64,000 bases of DNA, from the NCBI GenBank assembly GCA_943367815.1, contig CALRKA020000011.1:633-64632 (forward strand), read 5' to 3'. Position numbers and translations under genes: made by a program. Every line of letters begins with the position of its first letter. Position 1 is the stretch's first letter. The notes beneath the pieces are model-generated. The model had not been told where the DNA came from, did not search any database, and saw only the letters and a program-made list of their open reading frames with translations. Below, piece after piece: positions 58,407 to 64,000 of this stretch. This stretch comes from Tabrizicola sp. YIM 78059. GTDB taxonomy: Bacteria; Cyanobacteriota; Cyanobacteriia; PCC-6307; Cyanobiaceae.

Positions 58407-59516
58407 TTGTTTGTTCCGATGATTGTCCTGTCGACCCGTCATGACCCAGAGAGGGAACGATTGAAACCACCCGAGACCCCAGACGACGAACGCCTTCGGC
58501 TCGCCAAGCTCCGGTCGCTCCGCTTGCTGGACACGGAGCAGGACGACCCTCATTTCGATCGCATCACCCGGATGGCGAGGCGCATCTTCAAGGTGCCGAT
58601 CGCGATGGTCAGCCTCCTGGACGAAAGCCGTCAATGGTTCAAATCCTGTGAGGGTTTTGATGTTTCAGAAACCCCCAGAACCGTTTCCTTCTGCGGCCAT
58701 GCGATCCTCGGTTCCGACGCGTTCATCGTCCCCGATGCCCTTGGAGATGAACGCTTTCACGATAATCCTCTGGTCCTGGGCGAGCCCCATGTCCGCTTCT
58801 ATGCCGGCTGTCCGCTGACGGTGGACCATCGCAAGATTGGAACGCTCTGCATCGTCGATCAGGTGCCCCGAACCCTTGATGAGGATCAGATTGAGATCCT
58901 GAAGGATCTGGCGAAAGTGGTGGAACAGGAGATCGCCTCCACGCTTCTTGCCATCAGGGATCGGCTCACCGGCCTTGAGAACCGCCGCGGCTTCCTTGCC
59001 CTCGCCCAGCAGAGTCTTCAACTCTGCACACGCCAGGCAACGCCGGTTTCACTTCTCTATCTCGACCTGGACGATTTCCAGCTCTTCAATCAGCTCCACG
59101 GGCGTCAAGCGGGCGATGACGCGCTGATCAACCTGGCCGATCGGATCAAGGATGTCTGCCGAGACTCCGATGTGGTGGCCAGACTGGGGGGTGATGAGTT
59201 TGTGGTCCTGCTGATCAACGCGACCCGGGAACAGGCAGACATCGTTGTCGATCGCATCAAGAAGGCCCTCAGCCAGGACAACAGGCTGACGAACAAGGGG
59301 TATCCCATCTCGTTCTCTTTCGGTATCACGGCCTATCAGCCGGAGCGGCATGAAACGATTGTCGAGCTGCTGGCCGATGGAGAGGCCTTGATGGAGGAGA
59401 TCAGAATGCTGCGAACCTTCCACCAGCTTGAAGGCAAAACGCCTGAGCCAGTTCCCTCTGAAGACGACCGCATCTGGGCAGGCGTCAACAGCAAGCTCCA
59501 GGATGGTACCGGCTGA
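58407..59516 (+). CDS. GAF-GGDEF diguanylate cyclase
   Basis: FDRIT, RQWFKS, FCGHAI, RFYAG GAF; DRLTGL, DLDDF, RDSD I-site, RLGGDEF. Confidence 0.92.
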   Translation: MFVPMIVLSTRHDPERERLKPPETPDDERLRLAKLRSLRLLDTEQDDPHFDRITRMARRIFKVPIAMVSLLDESRQWFKSCEGFDVSETPRTVSFCGHAILGSDAFIVPDALGDERFHDNPLVLGEPHVRFYAGCPLTVDHRKIGTLCIVDQVPRTLDEDQIEILKDLAKVVEQEIASTLLAIRDRLTGLENRRGFLALAQQSLQLCTRQATPVSLLYLDLDDFQLFNQLHGRQAGDDALINLADRIKDVCRDSDVVARLGGDEFVVLLINATREQADIVVDRIKKALSQDNRLTNKGYPISFSFGITAYQPERHETIVELLADGEALMEEIRMLRTFHQLEGKTPEPVPSEDDRIWAGVNSKLQDGTG

Positions 59517-59558
59517 GGCTCCCAGCACGTCGAAGGGCCATCAGTCAATCGGCCATCA

Positions 59559-62150
59559 TCATCCTTGCTTGGGGGCAGTCTCCAGAATCCTCCTGATCGT
59601 CTGATCAAGCTCCTTGAGTTTCACGGGCTTGGCCAGATAGGCATTGGCACCGGCCGCCAGACACTTTTCCCGGTCACCTTTCATCGCCATCGCCGTCAAC
59701 ACGATGGTGGGGGTTGCCGCCAGGTCAGGCCTGTCACTGGAGCGGATCATGCGTAGGACGAAAAAGCCGTCCACTAACGGCATCGATAGATCAAGGATCA
59801 ACAGATGCGGAACATGGTCGTGCAGGAAATCGATCGCCTCCTGGCCATTGACCACTTGATGCACTTGGTATCCCTTGGCGCTGAGATAACGCGAATAGAT
59901 CAGCCTGTTGTCCAGGTTGTCCTCGGCAAGCAAGATCAAAGGCCGATCCATCCGGGCTCCCGATCCTGGCTCGGCTGAGTCAACCTGCCCCCTTGCAGGA
60001 TCAGAACCACCCATTGCCGTCTCTGTGGCGAGCGTGACGGGGAGATGGATGCTGAAACGAGTGCCCTGCCCCAGGCTCGATTGCACCCGAATATCGCCGC
60101 CATGGGCAACAAGGATTCGCTTCACGATCGAGAGTCCAAGGCCGGAGCCTGTGAACTGGCGATTCAAGCCGCTCTCGATCTGCACGAACGGTTGGAAGAT
60201 CCGTTCCTGATCCTCAGGGTCGATGCCGATTCCTGAATCGATCACACACAGGTCGAGCGTGGCCTGGCCAGATACCGCCACTGGTGAACGCGCCAGCCTG
60301 ACCACAAGGCGAACGGCTCCCGCCTCAGGAGTGAACTTGATGGCATTGCTTAGGAGGTTGATCAGAACCTGTCGGAGCAGCCGCTCATCCAGCAGGAGGG
60401 CAGGCAGACCGGGCTCAATCTCCAATGACAACAGGATGGACTTGGCCTCCGCCATTCTCTGAATCGTGGCGACACAGGAGCGGCAGAGCAGAGTGATCGA
60501 GGCAGGATGGAGATGGACTTCAAGCTTGCCAGCTTCAATCTTGGTGATGTCCAGGATATCGTTGATCAACTCCAGCAGATGGTTGCCACTTCGATCAATC
60601 TCCTCTAATGCCTTCCGCTGTATAGTAGTGATCTCACCATAGATATTGTCCTGCAGGGATTCCGCCATGCCGAGGATGCCATTCAGTGGGGTTCGCAGTT
60701 CATGGCTCATGTTGGCAAGGAACTCATCCTTCAGGCGCGTGGAGCGAGCCAGCTGGTCATTGATCGAGGCCAACTCCATATTCATTGTGATCAGGCGTTC
60801 TTCAGCAAGCTTTTTCTCCTGCAGCTCGTCTTCCAGCTTGGCGAACAAGTCAGCCTGCTGGATGGCAATACTGAGCTGGCTCGCAATATGTTTCACAACC
60901 TGAACATCTTCTTCAGTCCAGCGACGAGGCCGTTTGGAGTGGTGCATACAAAGCAGCCCCCACAGGCGGGAACCGCAGATCAGGGGAACCACCAGATTGG
61001 ATCGAATCTTCGAGCCAAGAAGCAGCTCTCGATAGCAGGGCTCCAGGTCAGCTGTCGCCACGTCGTCAATGACCTGATGTCCGCCCTTGAGATAACGCGC
61101 CACCAAGGCATCGTCGAAGCATGGATCTTCGAAAGAAACGGACAACAACGATTCCGTATCGGGATGGACAGCCTCGGCAATAAAGGAACCCCGATGGAAC
61201 TGAGACTCTTGATCAAACTGGTAGATCGCCACACGGTCCACGGCGAGATAGGGGAGCATTTCATTGACAGCCACCTGAAAGATGCGCTTAAGCTCAAGAA
61301 ACGTCAGAATCCGCTCTGTAATCTCACGCAGGATCAGCTCCCTTTGCACCTGGCGCCTTAAGTTGATAGCATTCTGCTGCATTTTTTCCGCCATCTGATC
61401 AAACGCCACAGAAATCCCAGCCAGCTCGTCAGAGCCACTCAATCCACTCCTTACGGCAAGGTCACCCTCACCCAGTGCATGGCTGGCTTCAATGAGCTTT
61501 CCAATCCGGTTGGTCAGTGCATACTGAAAGAAGAGCCATACACAGATACCGAGAACGACGAGGAGGGCATTGAAAAGCAAGGCTCGTCCCAATGCCTCTC
61601 GAAACGCACTGGCCTTCGCTTCATTCAGACCATACTTAGCGTAGAAGATTCCGACCCTAGACGGCATCAGTTCGCCGGGGAGGGGCTTGAGAAGGATGGG
61701 ATAAACAGCCGAAAGATACGAGCGATCTTGAGAAAGGCTCACCGTTCCGCGAAGCGTACGACGTGCCTGGGAAAAAATGGATGCCAATGGCGCAGCATTC
61801 GTCAGCACAATGAAATGGCCAACTTGGCTGTAGTCACTGGAATAGAGAACGATGTTCCTGTCACTGAAAAGACTGACACTTAGATAGCCTGGATTGGCAC
61901 CCAGACGACTGATCAACGAAACAACCCGATCAGCTTCATCATCGGTTCGATATAGATAGTCCATCATCCGCGCCGTCTGGGAGGCCGAGGACTTCAGATT
62001 GATGATGGCACTTTGCTCGGTCCTGCGATTCGCGTCTTGAACTTCCAGAACGAACTGTATGGCACTAATTGAAAATCCACTGACAACAATCAGCGCCGGG
62101 ATTGTAAAGCGAAGCGGTGGAGGCAATCTCGTCATGATGGCGTCGAACAT
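59559..62150 (-). CDS. hybrid histidine kinase: TM-periplasmic-TM-HAMP-CBCR GAF-HisKA-HATPase-REC
   Basis: DELAG..AFDQM HAMP; EDPCF and PCY in GAF; FLANMSHELRTPLN; NLLSNAIKFT; DSGIG; GSGLGL; LAEDN..LDLSMP..KP. Confidence 0.92.
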   Translation of the reverse strand: MFDAIMTRLPPPLRFTIPALIVVSGFSISAIQFVLEVQDANRRTEQSAIINLKSSASQTARMMDYLYRTDDEADRVVSLISRLGANPGYLSVSLFSDRNIVLYSSDYSQVGHFIVLTNAAPLASIFSQARRTLRGTVSLSQDRSYLSAVYPILLKPLPGELMPSRVGIFYAKYGLNEAKASAFREALGRALLFNALLVVLGICVWLFFQYALTNRIGKLIEASHALGEGDLAVRSGLSGSDELAGISVAFDQMAEKMQQNAINLRRQVQRELILREITERILTFLELKRIFQVAVNEMLPYLAVDRVAIYQFDQESQFHRGSFIAEAVHPDTESLLSVSFEDPCFDDALVARYLKGGHQVIDDVATADLEPCYRELLLGSKIRSNLVVPLICGSRLWGLLCMHHSKRPRRWTEEDVQVVKHIASQLSIAIQQADLFAKLEDELQEKKLAEERLITMNMELASINDQLARSTRLKDEFLANMSHELRTPLNGILGMAESLQDNIYGEITTIQRKALEEIDRSGNHLLELINDILDITKIEAGKLEVHLHPASITLLCRSCVATIQRMAEAKSILLSLEIEPGLPALLLDERLLRQVLINLLSNAIKFTPEAGAVRLVVRLARSPVAVSGQATLDLCVIDSGIGIDPEDQERIFQPFVQIESGLNRQFTGSGLGLSIVKRILVAHGGDIRVQSSLGQGTRFSIHLPVTLATETAMGGSDPARGQVDSAEPGSGARMDRPLILLAEDNLDNRLIYSRYLSAKGYQVHQVVNGQEAIDFLHDHVPHLLILDLSMPLVDGFFVLRMIRSSDRPDLAATPTIVLTAMAMKGDREKCLAAGANAYLAKPVKLKELDQTIRRILETAPKQG

Positions 62151-63188
62151 CTAGCGTTCAGCCAGTACACGTTCGACAAACTGCGCATCCAGGAGACTGG
62201 CTGGATCAACCTCTTTAGCGATCAGGCCACTGTCATGCATGACCCGTATCAAGTTCGTCATGGAGGTGACGAGGGATGGATCCCGCTGACTCAGCAATGC
62301 CACATTCTCCTCAAGGGATGGCTGCTTCAGCAGTTGGAAAGCCTGCAGCATCTCTTCCGGCTTCACCTGTGTGCGCCTGGCCATGCGTCGCGTGGCATCG
62401 GCAGGATTCCTGTTGAAATATTCCAAAGCCTTGAATCTTGCCGCCACAAGGGCCTGTAGATTCTCAGCGCTTTCGGCGATCGCCTGGGTGCTGACGGCAA
62501 GGGTGTCCACGATTTCGCCTGGGATCTGGGCACTGTCGAACAACGGGATGGCTCCCGCCTTCAAAAGTTTGATGCGAGCCGGGCCGAAGGTCACCACCGC
62601 ATCGACCCTGCCGGCCTTGTAGGCGGATTCGTGATCACTCAGCTCCAACGACACCACCTTGACATCCTGAGGTGTCATGTCATTGATCTCCAGGGCCCTG
62701 CCGAGAAAAAAGGCCCCCAGGGCGGTGGCCTCCACACCGATGCGTTTCCCCTTGAGGTCCCGCATCGTCGTCAAGCCGGGCCTGGCGAGGATCACATCAC
62801 CACCATTGGAGTAGTCCAAGATGGCAATGATCCTGATGTCACCCTGGGTGGCGGCCAAGGTGATCACCTGATCAATCGACAGGCCGGCTCCGTCGATCTC
62901 ATTGTTGCGGTAGGCCCTGACCTCCTCGGTTCCGGAAGGAAAATCCATCAGTCTGATGGGCTTGCCTTTCAGTTCTCCCAGGTCTCTCGCCAGGAAGAGG
63001 GTTTCATACCCCGTCCAGAGGTTGGCGCCGATTCTCAAGGGCATGGACGGGGGCCCGAAGCAACTCGTCAGCGCCACCATCAAGGCCAGGGCAAGCATGC
63101 CGAGCAGGAACCACGCCGGCCGACTCCGCATCCTCAACGTCCTTTTTTGCCCTCTGAAATGGTCCTCCATAGGGTTGACGGACCTCAA
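62151..63188 (-). CDS. NMT1/SsuA-like substrate-binding lipoprotein (start may be 63170 or 63131)
   Basis: Lipobox ALTSC, WTGYETLFLA, DYSNGGD, LKGKRIGVE, VDAVVTF; stop directly abuts the kinase ATG. Confidence 0.85.
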   Translation of the reverse strand: MRSVNPMEDHFRGQKRTLRMRSRPAWFLLGMLALALMVALTSCFGPPSMPLRIGANLWTGYETLFLARDLGELKGKPIRLMDFPSGTEEVRAYRNNEIDGAGLSIDQVITLAATQGDIRIIAILDYSNGGDVILARPGLTTMRDLKGKRIGVEATALGAFFLGRALEINDMTPQDVKVVSLELSDHESAYKAGRVDAVVTFGPARIKLLKAGAIPLFDSAQIPGEIVDTLAVSTQAIAESAENLQALVAARFKALEYFNRNPADATRRMARRTQVKPEEMLQAFQLLKQPSLEENVALLSQRDPSLVTSMTNLIRVMHDSGLIAKEVDPASLLDAQFVERVLAER

Positions 63189-63289
63189 AGGAAACGAAGA
63201 ACCGGCCGTTGAGGGACAGATTCAAGTGTGAGTTTATTCACGGGTAAATGTTCTTCGATGGGTCGGTCAGATTCCTGTGGGTGAAGCAA

Positions 63290-63493
63290 TCATTCTGGCC
63301 GGGAGGCGTACCAGCGCTCGATCCTGTAACCCAGGATCACCAGCAGCACCACCAACCAGAACCACAGTTCCGGTGGGTTGGCATTGCACAGCACCACCAG
63401 CAGCACCACCTCACTGACCAGCCAGGGAAGCTCCTGGCGCAGCAGGGGATTGCGGAGCTGCCACCAGCGACGATCAGCCATGGGGACGCTCAC
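63290..63493 (-). CDS. small membrane hypothetical protein
   Basis: Two TM-like segments; GTG directly after the upstream TGA. Confidence 0.7.
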   Translation of the reverse strand: MSVPMADRRWWQLRNPLLRQELPWLVSEVVLLVVLCNANPPELWFWLVVLLVILGYRIERWYASRPE

Positions 63494-64000
63494 TCATGGC
63501 GGGGAGCCGCTCTGGCGCAGGGAAGGCCGGTTCCAGAGCCGATCGATGCGCAGGCTCCTGTAGCCGCCGGTGAGGGAACGCAGGCCCGGAATCACGTAGG
63601 TGATCGGTGTGCGCCACTCCACATAGGCATGGGCGGCGATCGTCAGGCCCTCCCGCACAGGAAACACCCCGCTGCCGCCGGAGAGGGTCCAGCGGTAGCC
63701 GTCCCGGCTGCCGGGATCCCGCTCCAGGGCGATCTCCGTCCGCATCACCGGCCCGTGCTTGAGCAGGTCCCGGGCCAGCTGGGGGTTGCCGATGGTGGTG
63801 GAGATGTCCTCCTCCGTGGCCGGCAGGGCCAGCACCTGGACCACCTTGCCGACGATGCCACCGAACCGGCCCCGCTGGTCCCAGAGCGGCACCACCTCCA
63901 CGGGCAGGCCAGCCGGCAGTCGACGGGCATCGGCCGGAGCGAAGTAGGCCACGGCCTGCAGCCGCGGCCCCCCGGCAGCACCCCCGGCCCGGCCCAGGGT
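63494..64000 (-). CDS. NHLP bacteriocin system secretion (HlyD-like) protein, 5' truncated by window
   Basis: Frame open to 64000; VEVVP....RFGGI.GKV.QV..LPAT, GY.WT.S.G, GLT..A....R.PITYVIP pattern. Confidence 0.8.
   Translation of the reverse strand, partial: TLGRAGGAAGGPRLQAVAYFAPADARRLPAGLPVEVVPLWDQRGRFGGIVGKVVQVLALPATEEDISTTIGNPQLARDLLKHGPVMRTEIALERDPGSRDGYRWTLSGGSGVFPVREGLTIAAHAYVEWRTPITYVIPGLRSLTGGYRSLRIDRLWNRPSLRQSGSPP

Overview
64 kb of a very GC-rich picocyanobacterial chromosome. Cyanobium or Synechococcus subcluster 5.2-like is inferred from psbY, crtH, ycf54, an SLH-domain porin and the gene order. It has three zones. (1) 1-23.8 kb is an accessory mosaic ending at the 3' end of a tRNA-Lys(UUU). 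It holds the end of a large VWA protein, a copper module (CopA, cupredoxin, MerR, two CopM-like DUF305 genes) sharing a MerR-type operator, GH3 plus CrtQ/CrtO-like glycosyl/acyltransferases, an Anbu-transglutaminase-amidohydrolase-GH13 run, and an iron module (imelysin, di-heme protein, porin, Fur-like box). (2) 23.9-51 kb is mostly core genes: psbY, trmFO, crtH, grxD, bolA, pdxJ, ycf54, recCBD, deaD, rbp, an ABC transporter and LCP. (3) 51-64 kb is accessory: an MgtC / FUSC-FUSC-porin-TolC-divergent ClC cluster, a lower-GC signalling islet, and the end of an NHLP-type secretion adaptor. The islet carries a GAF-GGDEF gene and a solute-binding lipoprotein abutting a hybrid kinase with a twin-Cys DXCF cyanobacteriochrome GAF, which is the best candidate for an undescribed system. 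No CRISPR array, integrase or transposase was recognised. All family calls are by motif recognition, not database searches, and GC statements are by eye.
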